A DNA stretch of 64,000 nucleotides, taken from assembly GCA_028695415.1 (NCBI GenBank), contig JAQVIY010000001.1:113067-177066 (forward strand), given 5' to 3'. Made by a program: the position numbers and the translations under genes. Every line of letters starts with the position of its first letter. Positions within the stretch are counted from its first letter, which is position 1. Below, in pieces: positions 9,612 to 19,245 of the stretch. The DNA is from Minisyncoccota bacterium. Its GTDB lineage: Bacteria > Patescibacteriota > Minisyncoccia > Phycocordibacterales > Phycocordibacteraceae. Under the pieces are notes generated by a model, which was not told the origin of the DNA, did no database searches, and worked only from the letters and a program-made list of their open reading frames with translations.

Positions 9612-10829
9612 ATGCGTAAACTTGATGACATAATCCCGCCGTCCCGTCGGAAAGAAACGGAACAACCTCTTACCAGTTCAGCACGCGAACCCCTCCGTCT
9701 CACTCGCCGCTATCCGAAGTTCCCGTTTGCTATACCGGCCGCTATCGCGCTCGTCATCGTCGCCTCGGTAGGCGCACTATTCTATTTCTCTACTACCAGA
9801 GTCGAAGTAACTCCGAACACCGTCTCGGTTGCGGTTCAGAGCCCGTTTACTACAAACATGGGCTCGAGCACGCAGCCGTTCCAAGTCATCACCGCCCAGA
9901 AGGTCGCCTCGCAGAGCGTGAAGGGGAGTGGTACGAAGGCCGTGTCCACCTCATCTTCGGGCATCATCACTATCTATAATGCTCAAGCGAAGACGCAACG
10001 GCTCATCGCTAATACGCGTTTCGCCACGACTGCGGGACTCATCTTCCGTATTCACGAAGCGGTCAGTATCCCCGCTGGTTCAAAGGCTTCACCCGGCAGT
10101 GTCTCCGCTAAGGTCTATGCCGACAAAGCAGGTGATGCCTATAACGTAGGCCCGACGTCGTTCACCATCCCCGGATTCGCAGGAACGCCGCAGGCCTCAA
10201 TGGTATATGCGCGTTCAAGCTCGGCTATGACCGGCGGAGCTTCGGGAACGGTGCCGGTCGTAGACGCAGTCGCAGAATCACAGGCGCGCACGGCGCTCGT
10301 GACAGCCCTCGCGCCCGATCTCTTGAAGAGTATCGAGGCGCAGGTGCCTTCGGGGTTCATCCTCTTACCGGGAGCTGCGACCACTACGTATGAGGCGCTT
10401 CCCTCCACTTCGTCTCTAACGGCAGGTCAGGTTGACGTCAAAGAGCAGGGTAGTATCACCGCCGTTGTATTCCCGAACGCTTCGCTCGCCAAGGCGATAG
10501 CAAGTTCGGCAGGCGGGCTCGGCTACCAGGGAGAGCCTATTACCCTCACCTCGGCGAATACCCTCACGCTTTCGGCAACTGAGTTCCCGAGTGCCGACGC
10601 GACATCCTTCACCTTCACCCTCTCCGGCACGGCGTCGCTTATTTACACGGTAGATTCTACTCGTATTGCCGCGGCGGTGAGCGGTAAGACCAGGACTGCT
10701 GCCCAGGCCGCCCTCTCAAGCTATCCGGAGATCAAACGGGCGGTTCTTATCCTGCGTCCGTTCTGGCGTCAAACGTTCCCGCTGGACCCCTCCTCGATCT
10801 CGATTGTTGTCGAGGAACCTAATCGTTAG
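9612..10829 (+). CDS. hypothetical single-pass membrane protein with a Ser/Thr/Ala-rich extracytoplasmic region
   Basis: About 45 cytoplasmic residues, one TM helix (AIPAAIALVIVASVGALFYF), then a low-complexity exported domain. Confidence 0.45.
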   Translation: MRKLDDIIPPSRRKETEQPLTSSAREPLRLTRRYPKFPFAIPAAIALVIVASVGALFYFSTTRVEVTPNTVSVAVQSPFTTNMGSSTQPFQVITAQKVASQSVKGSGTKAVSTSSSGIITIYNAQAKTQRLIANTRFATTAGLIFRIHEAVSIPAGSKASPGSVSAKVYADKAGDAYNVGPTSFTIPGFAGTPQASMVYARSSSAMTGGASGTVPVVDAVAESQARTALVTALAPDLLKSIEAQVPSGFILLPGAATTTYEALPSTSSLTAGQVDVKEQGSITAVVFPNASLAKAIASSAGGLGYQGEPITLTSANTLTLSATEFPSADATSFTFTLSGTASLIYTVDSTRIAAAVSGKTRTAAQAALSSYPEIKRAVLILRPFWRQTFPLDPSSISIVVEEPNR

Positions 10830-10858
10830 TTGACGGTTTTTCGGATACCTGCTAGATT
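10830..10858 (+). promoter_or_regulatory. sigma70-like promoter upstream of infA
   Basis: TTGACG, 17-nt spacer, TAGATT. Confidence 0.45.
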
Positions 10859-10891
10859 GTCTAGGTACCTTATGGTAGGCGAGAAAGCTAA

Positions 10892-11179
10892 ATGAGCGAA
10901 GGCAAAGAAACGACAACGGCGGTAGGTACCGTCGAAGAAGTATTGCCGAACTCTCTCTTTAGAGTCCGTCTGTCTGTGCCGGAAGAAGTATCCTCCGAGT
11001 CTCCAGAAGGAGAAGCGGCGGAGACGTCGGTGAAGGATACAGGTGAAGGAGAACTTGTGCTCGCCTACTTGGCAGGGAAGATGCGCTTGCATCGGATCCG
11101 CGTCCTCGTCGGCGACCAGGTGGATATGGTGCTTGATCCCTACGGGGGTCGCGCGCGAATAGTGCGACGATTAACCTAA
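10892..11179 (+). CDS. infA: translation initiation factor IF-1 with a 23-aa acidic insertion
   Basis: [16 protein letters not shown] and [23 protein letters not shown] match the IF-1 OB fold. The insert [23 protein letters not shown] lies between them. Confidence 0.85.
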   Translation: MSEGKETTTAVGTVEEVLPNSLFRVRLSVPEEVSSESPEGEAAETSVKDTGEGELVLAYLAGKMRLHRIRVLVGDQVDMVLDPYGGRARIVRRLT

Positions 11180-11210
11180 ATCTATAAAGCAACATTCAAG
11201 ATGAAAGTTC

Positions 11211-11327
11211 GTGCGTCTATCAAAGTCCAACAGCCAGGTGATCAGCTCGTCCGTCGCGGCGGGCGCCTTTACCGTATCAATAAGAAGAATCCTCGACGCA
11301 AGGCGCGCCAGGGTTAGAGTATTTTCA
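11211..11327 (+). CDS. rpmJ: ribosomal protein L36, Cys-less (non-zinc) type
   Basis: MKVRASIKV...[21 protein letters not shown]. Expected position between infA and rpsM. Confidence 0.8.
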
Positions 11328-11348
11328 TAATTATTAATTCTGAATCAT

Positions 11349-11729
11349 ATGCGTATCGCCGGCGTCACACTCCCAGATAACAAGCAGCTCTCATACTCGC
11401 TGCCGCTTATTTTTGGCATCGGTCCGGCACGTGCTCGCGATATCCTCAAGAAGGTCGGCGTTCCTGCAAACAAGAAGGGCAGCGAACTCACCACCGACGA
11501 AGAGCAGAAGATCCGCACGCTCGCCGAGAGCTACACCATCGAGGGCGAACTTCGCCGCGAAATAAGCCAGGACATCAAGCGTCTGAAGGATATCCGTTCA
11601 GAACGCGGCGATCGTCATGCAAAAGGCATGCCGGTACGCGGTCAGCGAACCAAGACCAACTCCCGCACGCGCCGCGGCAATGTGCGTAAGACTATGACCT
11701 CTGGTCGTCGTAAGCTTGAAAAAACATAA
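11349..11729 (+). CDS. rpsM: ribosomal protein S13
   Basis: MRIAGV.LP N-terminus and conserved S13 sequence. Confidence 0.95.
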   Translation: MRIAGVTLPDNKQLSYSLPLIFGIGPARARDILKKVGVPANKKGSELTTDEEQKIRTLAESYTIEGELRREISQDIKRLKDIRSERGDRHAKGMPVRGQRTKTNSRTRRGNVRKTMTSGRRKLEKT

Positions 11730-11731
11730 TT

Positions 11732-12166
11732 ATGGGAAAGAAACGAATCATCAAAAAGAGCGGGAGGGGCATGGATCAGGGCCGCAAGGAGCGCGCCATG
11801 TCGAAGGCGACCAAGCGTCACCTCGAGAAGGGCGTGCTGCATATCGAAGCGACCTTCAACAACACCAAGGCTATCCTTACCGACGAGAAGGGCAATGCAG
11901 TCGTGTCATCGTCTGCTGGCGCGCTCGGTTTCTCCGGCGCGCGCAAGTCGACACCGTATGCGGCAGCGAAGGTGGGCGAGTTCCTCGGCGAGAAGGGCGT
12001 GTTGATTGGTCTCAAGGAGGCATCAGTCGTCATCCGCGGCGTTGGTGCCGGCCGCGAGTCGGTACTCCGCTCGTTTTCGGGCAAGGGTATTCAGGTCAAG
12101 TCAATCAAAGACGTGACGCCGGTACCGCACAACGGCCCGCGACCGCCTAAGCCTCGACGCATCTAA
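11732..12166 (+). CDS. rpsK: ribosomal protein S11
   Basis: GVLHIEATFNNT...SSAG motif and operon order. Confidence 0.95.
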   Translation: MGKKRIIKKSGRGMDQGRKERAMSKATKRHLEKGVLHIEATFNNTKAILTDEKGNAVVSSSAGALGFSGARKSTPYAAAKVGEFLGEKGVLIGLKEASVVIRGVGAGRESVLRSFSGKGIQVKSIKDVTPVPHNGPRPPKPRRI

Positions 12167-12173
12167 ATTTCCT

Positions 12174-12785
12174 ATGAAAACTCCTCCACGATATAAAACA
12201 GCAAAGCGCCTCGGCGCGACCGTCTTCGAGAAAGCGCAGACCCAGAAGTTTGCTATTTCTGCTGAGCGTACGGCAAAGAACAAGAAGCGCGGGCGCGGGC
12301 GCCAGAGCGAGTATGGCAAACAAATGCTCGAGAAGCAGAAGGTGCGCATGACCTATGGCGTGACCGAGAAGCAGTTCCGCAACTATGTGAAGAAGGCGCT
12401 CGCCGCTCACTCGGCGAAGCCCTCTGATCGCCTGCACGAGCTCCTCGAGATGCGTCTCGACAATGTCGTATGGCGCCTCGGGCTCGCTTCGACTCGCCGC
12501 GGCGCGCGCCAGATGGTCGCACATGGTCACGTAATGGTCGGCGACAAGAAGGTTCGCGTGCCGTCGCATATGCTCTCGATCGGCGACGCGCTCTCAGTTC
12601 GCGAGGGTTCTAAGGAGCACGGCATGCTCGCCGGCTTCGCTGACAAGTTCCATGAGCGCCCGCTCCCGTCGTGGCTCTCGTGGGACCTTGCGAAGATGTC
12701 GGGTAAGGTCGTCGAACGGCCGACCGCTGCTTCGGCAGATCCGGCGGGCGACTTGGTCGCAGTGCTCTCGTTCTACACACGATAA
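12174..12785 (+). CDS. rpsD: ribosomal protein S4
   Basis: Conserved S4 N-terminus and S4 RNA-binding domain (LDNVVWRLGLASTRRGARQMV.HGH). Confidence 0.95.
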   Translation: MKTPPRYKTAKRLGATVFEKAQTQKFAISAERTAKNKKRGRGRQSEYGKQMLEKQKVRMTYGVTEKQFRNYVKKALAAHSAKPSDRLHELLEMRLDNVVWRLGLASTRRGARQMVAHGHVMVGDKKVRVPSHMLSIGDALSVREGSKEHGMLAGFADKFHERPLPSWLSWDLAKMSGKVVERPTAASADPAGDLVAVLSFYTR

Positions 12786-12814
12786 TTTTTATTCACGGTA
12801 ATTACGATTGAGTT

Positions 12815-13753
12815 ATGGAATACCACATTACACTTCCGAGTAAGCCTCGCATCGTTTCTGAAGAGGGCGTCCAGGGCGTCTACGAGATAGATTCGCTCTA
12901 TCCGGGTTACGGCCACACCCTCGGCAACTCGCTCCGCCGCATTATCCTCTCCTCGCTCCCCGGCGCGTCTATTACGCAGGTCAAGATCGAGGGCGTACCG
13001 CATGAGTTCGCGACCGTTGATGGTATGCGCGAGACGGTGATGGAGCTCCTTTTGAACCTCAAGCGTGTCCACTTCGTCCTTCACGGCGATGAGCCTCAAA
13101 CTATCTCGCTTGTCGCAAAGAATACCGGCGAGGTCAAGGCATCAGACTTCAAGCTTCCGAGTCAGGTTGAAATAAAGAATCCTGAACAGCACATCTGCGA
13201 TCTCTCAGGTAAGGCGTCGCTCGAGCTCGAGGCGACTATTGAGCGCGGTTTGGGCTACGTTGCCCGCGAGGTACTCACGAAAGAGAAAGTAGACATCGGT
13301 GTCATCGCGCTTGATGCGACCTTCACGCCTATTCGCCGTGTGAACTACGAGGTAGAGAATATGCGCGTCGGTGACCGTACTGATTTCAATCGCCTGCGTA
13401 TCCTTATTGAGACCAACGGCACTATCGCTCCGCGCGAGGCGCTCGAGCAATCTATTGAGACCATGATTCATCAGCTCAAGGCGGTTATCGGCTTCCAGGA
13501 GTCGGCACCTATAGCGCCTGAAACCTCAACCGCGAAGTCGGAGGGTTCTGATGCCGCTAAGGTGAAAATCGCCGATCTCGAACTCTCGACGCGCATCACG
13601 ACCGCGCTTGAGGGAGCGGGCATAAAGAGCGCCGCAGGCCTCGCGCGGAAGACCGCAAGCGCTCTGAAGGAGCTGGACGGCATCGGTGACAAGGCGATCG
13701 AAGAGATTGCAACAGCGCTCGCCGGACACGGCCTCACCCTTAAGGCAGAATAA
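12815..13753 (+). CDS. rpoA: DNA-directed RNA polymerase alpha subunit
   Basis: GHTLGNSLRRILLSS motif. C-terminal helix-hairpin-helix domain. Confidence 0.95.
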   Translation: MEYHITLPSKPRIVSEEGVQGVYEIDSLYPGYGHTLGNSLRRIILSSLPGASITQVKIEGVPHEFATVDGMRETVMELLLNLKRVHFVLHGDEPQTISLVAKNTGEVKASDFKLPSQVEIKNPEQHICDLSGKASLELEATIERGLGYVAREVLTKEKVDIGVIALDATFTPIRRVNYEVENMRVGDRTDFNRLRILIETNGTIAPREALEQSIETMIHQLKAVIGFQESAPIAPETSTAKSEGSDAAKVKIADLELSTRITTALEGAGIKSAAGLARKTASALKELDGIGDKAIEEIATALAGHGLTLKAE

Positions 13754-13761
13754 ATATTCGT

Positions 13762-14115
13762 ATGGCGTATACCCCTAAAGCACGAACCTTCGCTCGACCG
13801 AGCAACCAGCGCGGTGCGCTTATGCGCTCGCTCGCTCGCTCGCTGGTTCTCGAAGAGCGCATCTCGACCACCGAAGCGAAGGCGAAGGCGCTCCGCCCGT
13901 TTATCGAGCGCCTCGTTACCTACGCCAAGACGAATACCCTCGCGTCTCGCCGCCTCGCTAAGGCGCGTCTCGGCGACGACGAAGCGGTGAAGAAACTCTT
14001 CGGCACGATCGGCCCGCGCTATGTCGACCGTAAGGGCGGCTACACTCGCGTCGTGAAGCGAACGCTTCGCGGCACCAATGATGCTCGTAAGCTTGCGTAT
14101 ATCGCTTTCGTATAA
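13762..14115 (+). CDS. rplQ: ribosomal protein L17
   Basis: Conserved L17 sequence following rpoA. Confidence 0.95.
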   Translation: MAYTPKARTFARPSNQRGALMRSLARSLVLEERISTTEAKAKALRPFIERLVTYAKTNTLASRRLAKARLGDDEAVKKLFGTIGPRYVDRKGGYTRVVKRTLRGTNDARKLAYIAFV

Positions 14116-14119
14116 CAGT

Positions 14120-14494
14120 ATGAGCACTCCTATGAAAAAGCCAGAGAAAGTCATCTACACTATCGACGCGACCGATCGCACGCTCGGGCGTGTGTGCAGC
14201 GAGGCCGCCTCAGCGCTTCTCGGTAAGAAGTCGGTGCACTTCGCTAAGCATATCGCGCTCCCGATGGAGGTTATCGTCGAGAATGCGAGCAAACTCCACC
14301 TGCCGGCACGGCGCACTGCCGGTACGATCTACACCCGCTACACCGGCTACCCGGGCGGTCTCCGCGAGATGACCATGGCAGAGATGATTGCCAAGAAGGG
14401 AATCGCCGAGGTAATCAAGAAGACCGTGGACGGTATGATCCCGCGCAACAAGCTTCGCAAGCCGCGGATGATGAAGCTTATCGTCAAAGACTAA
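14120..14494 (+). CDS. rplM: ribosomal protein L13 (start could instead be ATG 14132)
   Basis: KVIYTIDATDRTLGR...YTRYTGYPGG matches L13. Confidence 0.9.
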   Translation: MSTPMKKPEKVIYTIDATDRTLGRVCSEAASALLGKKSVHFAKHIALPMEVIVENASKLHLPARRTAGTIYTRYTGYPGGLREMTMAEMIAKKGIAEVIKKTVDGMIPRNKLRKPRMMKLIVKD

Positions 14495-14503
14495 TTATTT
14501 ATT

Positions 14504-14902
14504 ATGGCATCAAAGAAATTCATCACTGCAGTCGGGCGCCGTAAGACCGCCGTCGCGAGCGTACGGATGGTGAAGGCTGCGAAATCGAGCCTCACGGTCA
14601 ACGGTATGGCTCCGAAGGAGTACTTCAAGACCGATCTCCGCGCACTCGTCGCGACCGAGGCGCTTGCGAAGGCAGAGAGCGCCGAGAACTACGAAGTGCA
14701 TGCACACGTCGAGGGCGGCGGTATCGCGGCACAAGCAGACGCGGTGCGCCACGCTATCTCGCGTGCACTCACCAAAGCAGAGCCGAAGACCCGAAAGGTA
14801 CTCAAAGCGGCGACCTTCCTCAAGCGCGACCCGCGCGCCAAGGAACGCAAGAAGCCGGGCTTGAAGAAAGCTCGCAAGGCCCCCCAGTGGTCGAAGCGCT
14901 AG
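14504..14902 (+). CDS. rpsI: ribosomal protein S9
   Basis: GRRKTAVA N-terminus and ...KAPQWSKR C-terminus. Confidence 0.95.
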   Translation: MASKKFITAVGRRKTAVASVRMVKAAKSSLTVNGMAPKEYFKTDLRALVATEALAKAESAENYEVHAHVEGGGIAAQADAVRHAISRALTKAEPKTRKVLKAATFLKRDPRAKERKKPGLKKARKAPQWSKR

Positions 14903-14905
14903 TCA

Positions 14906-14934
14906 AAAGCCCCGCGATGCGGGGCTTTTTGTTT
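14906..14934 (+). terminator. rho-independent terminator after rpsI
   Basis: aaagccccgc-gat-gcggggcttttt hairpin followed by a T-tract. Confidence 0.8.
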
Positions 14935-14948
14935 GATAGAATCCAGTT

Positions 14949-15521
14949 ATGAACATCTACAGTGAAATCATCGCGGCGAGCTGGGGCGTCTTTCTTCTTG
15001 TGTGGTTCGTGGGCGCACACGGAGTGAAGCATACCGCGACTGACACATATACCTGGCGACGCGTTGCAATTCGGATTGCGGGATTACTTCTAATCGTCCT
15101 CCTTTTTAGTCTGCCTGTGATTAATAGCTACTTCCGCTTGAATATCATGGTGCGACAGATAAGTCCGCTTTCGGGCAACATCGGGGTCGCGCTCTCTATC
15201 ATCGGAGTCGGCATCGCCATCTGGGCACGTATTTATCTTGGTCGTAATTGGGGCGCACCACGGTCGCTACATGAGGGGCACGAGCTCGTCACTTCCGGCC
15301 CATATCGGTATGTCCGTCATCCCATCTATACGGGCGTCCTGCTCGCCCTTCTCGGCGCAGCAGTCGTGCAGGGACCCGTCTGGTTCATCCCGTTTGCTTA
15401 TTTTGTCTTCTATTTCATCCGTAGTATACGAATCGAAGAAGGGCATATGCTGGAGCGCTTTCCGAGCGAATATCCCGTCTATAGAGCGCGCACCAAGCGT
15501 CTCGTCCCATTCATTTATTAG
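14949..15521 (+). CDS. isoprenylcysteine carboxyl methyltransferase / phospholipid methyltransferase family membrane protein
   Basis: Several TM helices. GPYRYVRHPIYTG and EE.L motifs of the ICMT/PEMT family. Confidence 0.75.
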   Translation: MNIYSEIIAASWGVFLLVWFVGAHGVKHTATDTYTWRRVAIRIAGLLLIVLLFSLPVINSYFRLNIMVRQISPLSGNIGVALSIIGVGIAIWARIYLGRNWGAPRSLHEGHELVTSGPYRYVRHPIYTGVLLALLGAAVVQGPVWFIPFAYFVFYFIRSIRIEEGHMLERFPSEYPVYRARTKRLVPFIY

Positions 15522-15653
15522 GCTATGCTAAACCTATCCACAATTTCGTCCTATAGGACTATCCCTTGGATAGCGTCTCGGTTCAAAACGCGTACACACG
15601 CGTTTGCAGCGAGACGAAATATTCCCCCTCGCCTTGTTTTTCTACACAAGTGC

Positions 15654-15659
15654 TATAAT
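15654..15659 (+). promoter_or_regulatory. extended -10 element (TGcTATAAT) a few nt upstream of the ImmA-like gene. The transcript would be leaderless or nearly so
   Basis: gtgctataat about 10 nt before ATG 15670. Palindromes gtcctataggac and aaacgcgt-acac-acgcgttt lie just upstream. Confidence 0.35.
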
Positions 15660-15669
15660 CTTAATAAAA

Positions 15670-16179
15670 ATGAATGGACACTCCCTCGGTCACGATGACA
15701 TAAATCATGCTGAGATAGCCGAAAAGGCTGATGCTATCCTTGATAAATTTGGCATTACTGAGCCGGTGGTAGATGCTGTGCGAATCGCGAATGGTCTAGG
15801 TTTTAAAGTAAAAGAGATAACGATGCCTCCGAGATATTTTGATGTGGCGGGTTTCTACAACAACAAAGACAAGACTATTTATGTTCAGGCATCAGATAAG
15901 CCCTGGAGGAAATTGTTTACCGTCGCTCACGAAATTGGACACAATGTTTTGGGACACAAAAATTACGAGGTTCTTTTCCGTGTCCAAAATAAAGATCAAA
16001 GATATTCCGAGGTGGAGAGGGAAGCTAATAGTTTTGCTGCTAGTTTGTTGATGCCAAATTGGATGCTCAACAGATATTTGGACGCATATGGTCTAACGAA
16101 AAAAGATTATCGCGAAATGGCAAAAATATTCGGGGTTTCCGAGAAAGCGATGGAGCCCATTCTCCTTTACTTGAAGTAG
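15670..16179 (+). CDS. ImmA/IrrE-family (COG2856, DUF955) zinc metallopeptidase
   Basis: HEIGHNVLGH HEXXH motif, downstream E (EREANSFAASLLMP) and typical size. Visibly lower G+C than the flanks. Confidence 0.7.
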   Translation: MNGHSLGHDDINHAEIAEKADAILDKFGITEPVVDAVRIANGLGFKVKEITMPPRYFDVAGFYNNKDKTIYVQASDKPWRKLFTVAHEIGHNVLGHKNYEVLFRVQNKDQRYSEVEREANSFAASLLMPNWMLNRYLDAYGLTKKDYREMAKIFGVSEKAMEPILLYLK

Positions 16180-16180
16180 C

Positions 16181-16567
16181 ATGCCGCCGAAAGACCTAAC
16201 TCATACTACGCCAGTGCAAGCTGTTGGAGAAGCGGAAGTTGAGAAAATTCTCTCTGAATCAGAGAGTGCCCCAGAGCAGGAAGATTCGTTCGTCTCATCC
16301 TTGTCTCAAACTAGCCGTAAAGCCCTAGCGGCCTTTGCTTATAAGGACGTTATAGAAATGCGTCGGCAATGGTCCAATGTCCTACTGTTTCTCATCGGGG
16401 CTATCGTTCTTTATGATCTGTGGTTCTCTACAGCCCTTGGTAGTGGTTGGATTGTATTTCCAAACGAAAAACTTATCGCTTATTTCATACTGGAAAATCT
16501 CGCGAAGATTGCTGGACTAGCTTACATTGTTGTTAATTTCCTTTTCGACAAGACAAAGAATTATTAG
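16181..16567 (+). CDS. hypothetical membrane protein with two predicted TM helices, co-transcribed with the ImmA-like gene
   Basis: Starts 2 nt after the ImmA stop. C-terminal hydrophobic helices. Low G+C. Confidence 0.5.
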   Translation: MPPKDLTHTTPVQAVGEAEVEKILSESESAPEQEDSFVSSLSQTSRKALAAFAYKDVIEMRRQWSNVLLFLIGAIVLYDLWFSTALGSGWIVFPNEKLIAYFILENLAKIAGLAYIVVNFLFDKTKNY

Positions 16568-16611
16568 GGACATTTTGACTCTCTCGCTCGATTCGGGCAT
16601 AGTAGGGAGAT

Positions 16612-17184
16612 ATGGCTGAATGGAAAGGAGATGATATAGATGCAGAAAGCGTTGTTGAGCTCGAAGCCGAAGACGTAGATCCCGAGTCCGTCGAGGAACA
16701 AGAAGAGGGTGGAGATGACGCTGTTGCTAAGATCAAGAAGCTCCAGGGCGAGCTCGCGGCGTGCCGCAAGGATAAGCAGGAATACATGGACGGCTGGCAG
16801 AGAGCCAAGGCCGATTATGTGAACGCACTCAAGCGGTTTGAAACCGAAACCAAAGCGGCAGAGTTTAGAGGTAAAGTGAAGGCTGTTGAGACGCTTCTCC
16901 CTGCCTTCGACGCCCTCGAGCGAGCCAAAGAGCATGGCGAGGTGCCTGAAGGATTCTTAGCGATAGCGAGGCAGATAGAGAGCGCGTTCGCAGCGCTCGG
17001 ACTCGAGGAGACCGGCAAGGAGGGAGAGAAGTTCAACCCCGCCTATCACGAAGCGCTCGGGCAGGACGTCGTTGAATCATCTGATAAAGATGATATAATT
17101 ACGGCAATCCTCGAGAAGGGTTGGCGCGTGGGCGAGAGCGTTGTCCGACCGGCGAAAGTACGCGTAGGACACTTCGGCGCGTAG
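16612..17184 (+). CDS. grpE: nucleotide exchange factor GrpE
   Basis: Acidic N-terminus, coiled coil and C-terminal GrpE domain (RPAKVRVG). Sits upstream of dnaK. Confidence 0.9.
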   Translation: MAEWKGDDIDAESVVELEAEDVDPESVEEQEEGGDDAVAKIKKLQGELAACRKDKQEYMDGWQRAKADYVNALKRFETETKAAEFRGKVKAVETLLPAFDALERAKEHGEVPEGFLAIARQIESAFAALGLEETGKEGEKFNPAYHEALGQDVVESSDKDDIITAILEKGWRVGESVVRPAKVRVGHFGA

Positions 17185-17245
17185 TTGCGTTTATAGTAGG
17201 GTTTTTTGTAGAATCGTTATTGGCGTAATAATTATATTTTTGAGT

Positions 17246-19126
17246 ATGGCAAAAATCCTTGGTATTGATCTGGGAACCACCTATTCCGCGATGGCGATTG
17301 TCGAGGGCGGCGAGCCGCGCGTACTTGAGAATGCAGAGGGGTCGCGCACGACCCCCTCTATCGTCGCAGTAGGGAAGAACGGCGAGCGCATCGTCGGCAC
17401 GCTCGCGAAGCGCCAGTCGGTGACCAACCCGCTCAACACCATCTTCCAGGTGAAGCGCTTTATCGGACACTCGTTTGATGAGCCGGAAGTGCAGAAAGAC
17501 AAGGCGGCAGTACCCTTCGAGATGCAGAAGGGGGCGAACGGCGGCATCGAGATCAAGATGAACGATAAGTGGTATCGCCCCGAGGAACTCTCGGCGATGA
17601 TACTCGGCAAGATGAAGAGCGACGCCGAGGCGAAGACAGGCGAGAAGATAACCGAAGCGGTCATCACCGTCCCCGCTTATTTCAACGATGACCAGCGGAG
17701 CGCGACCAAGGCGGCGGGAGAAATTGCCGGCCTTACGGTAAAGCGCATTATCAACGAGCCGACCGCAGCAGCGCTCGCCTACGGATTCAATAAAAAGAAA
17801 GATGAGAAGATCGCCGTGTTCGATTTCGGCGGCGGGACCTTCGATATCTCGGTCCTCGAAGTGGGCGGCGATGTTATCGAGGTGAAGTCGACCGACGGCG
17901 ATGCCCACCTGGGCGGCAAGGATATCGACCAGAAGATCATCACCTGGCTCGCCGAAGAATTCAAGAAGGAGAGCGGTATCGATGTGCTTACCGATGCGCT
18001 CGCGCGCCAGCGCCTCGACGAGGCTGCAGAGAAGGCGAAAATCGAGCTCTCGAGCGCGATGGAGACCGAGATCAATATCCCGTTCCTGACCTCAGACGCT
18101 TCCGGCCCGCGCCACCTGCTTATTAAGATGACTCGCGCGAAGCTTGAAGACCTCGCGGGAGAGTTTATCGCCCGCGCGATAGACATCACCAAGCGCGCGA
18201 TGGACGCATCGCCCTTCAAGGTGGCGGATATCAACGAGGTGATACTCGTGGGCGGCCAGACCCGTATGCCCGCGATACAGGCTGCGGTCGAGAAGTTCTT
18301 CGCTAAGAAGCCGAACATGTCGGTGAACCCGGACGAGGTGGTTGCTATCGGCGCCGCTATTCAGGCCGGCATTCTCCAGGGCGACGTGAAGGATATCCTT
18401 CTCGTGGATGTTATCCCGCTTTCGCTCGCTATCGAGACGATGGGCGGCGTTGCGACCAAACTCGTCGAACGCAACACCGCGATACCGACCAGCCGTTCGC
18501 AGACCTTCTCTACCGCCACAGATAATCAGGCATCTGTGGAGATTCATATCACGCAGGGCGAACGCGCAATGAGCGCCGACAACAAGTCGCTCGGTAAGTT
18601 TATGCTCGACGGTATTCCGCCGGCGCCGCGAGGGCTTCCGCAGGTTGAGGTGTCGTTCGACATTGATGCGTCCGGTATTCTCACCGTCACCGCGAAGGAG
18701 AAGACGACCGGCAAAGAGCAGTCGATAAAGATTACCGGCTCCACCGGACTCTCGAAAGAAGATATTGAGAAGATGAAGGCCGATGCCGAGGCGCACAGCG
18801 CCGATGACGAGAAGCGTCGCGAGCTCATCGAAGTACGCAATGCCGCCGATCAGGCTGTCTATGCCGCGGAGAAGTCAATAAAGGATTACGGCGAGAAAGC
18901 GGGCACGGAGGTGGTGAAGGATGTGCAGGATAAGATAGAGGCACTCAAGACCGCGCGAAACAGCGAAGATGCCGGCACGGTGAAGTCAGCCACCGATACG
19001 CTTTCGCAGGCGCTCTCGAAGATCGGTGAGGCGATGATGTCCTCCTCTGCCAAGGCTACGGAGGATAAAAAAGAACCACCGGAAGCATCCGAGCCGACCG
19101 ATGCCGAATTCAAAGAGAAAGAATAA
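17246..19126 (+). CDS. dnaK: molecular chaperone DnaK (Hsp70)
   Basis: [18 protein letters not shown] and overall Hsp70 sequence. Confidence 0.97.
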   Translation: MAKILGIDLGTTYSAMAIVEGGEPRVLENAEGSRTTPSIVAVGKNGERIVGTLAKRQSVTNPLNTIFQVKRFIGHSFDEPEVQKDKAAVPFEMQKGANGGIEIKMNDKWYRPEELSAMILGKMKSDAEAKTGEKITEAVITVPAYFNDDQRSATKAAGEIAGLTVKRIINEPTAAALAYGFNKKKDEKIAVFDFGGGTFDISVLEVGGDVIEVKSTDGDAHLGGKDIDQKIITWLAEEFKKESGIDVLTDALARQRLDEAAEKAKIELSSAMETEINIPFLTSDASGPRHLLIKMTRAKLEDLAGEFIARAIDITKRAMDASPFKVADINEVILVGGQTRMPAIQAAVEKFFAKKPNMSVNPDEVVAIGAAIQAGILQGDVKDILLVDVIPLSLAIETMGGVATKLVERNTAIPTSRSQTFSTATDNQASVEIHITQGERAMSADNKSLGKFMLDGIPPAPRGLPQVEVSFDIDASGILTVTAKEKTTGKEQSIKITGSTGLSKEDIEKMKADAEAHSADDEKRRELIEVRNAADQAVYAAEKSIKDYGEKAGTEVVKDVQDKIEALKTARNSEDAGTVKSATDTLSQALSKIGEAMMSSSAKATEDKKEPPEASEPTDAEFKEKE

Positions 19127-19148
19127 ACGGCCTATCTGCTCACTCCCC

Positions 19149-19172
19149 AAGCCCCGCCTCTGTGCGGGGCTT
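19149..19172 (+). terminator. hairpin after dnaK (terminator-like; its 3' arm overlaps a -35 box)
   Basis: aagccccgc-ctctgt-gcggggctt stem-loop with no clear T-tract. Confidence 0.4.
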
Positions 19173-19198
19173 GACATATATAATGAAGTGTGTATACT
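19171..19198 (+). promoter_or_regulatory. near-consensus sigma70 promoter
   Basis: TTGACA, 16-nt spacer, TATACT, upstream of the small ORF and dnaJ. Confidence 0.5.
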
Positions 19199-19245
19199 AT
19201 ACATAACGCTGGATTGTCCAGCTTGAACCTTCAGAGGAGATCTTC

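Noticed and set aside
16568-16611. A CIRCE operator (TTAGCACTC-N9-GAGTGCTAA) upstream of grpE.
   Set aside because: It was looked for and not found. Only a TTGACT-N17-CATAGT promoter-like sequence and a GGGAG near the ATG are present.
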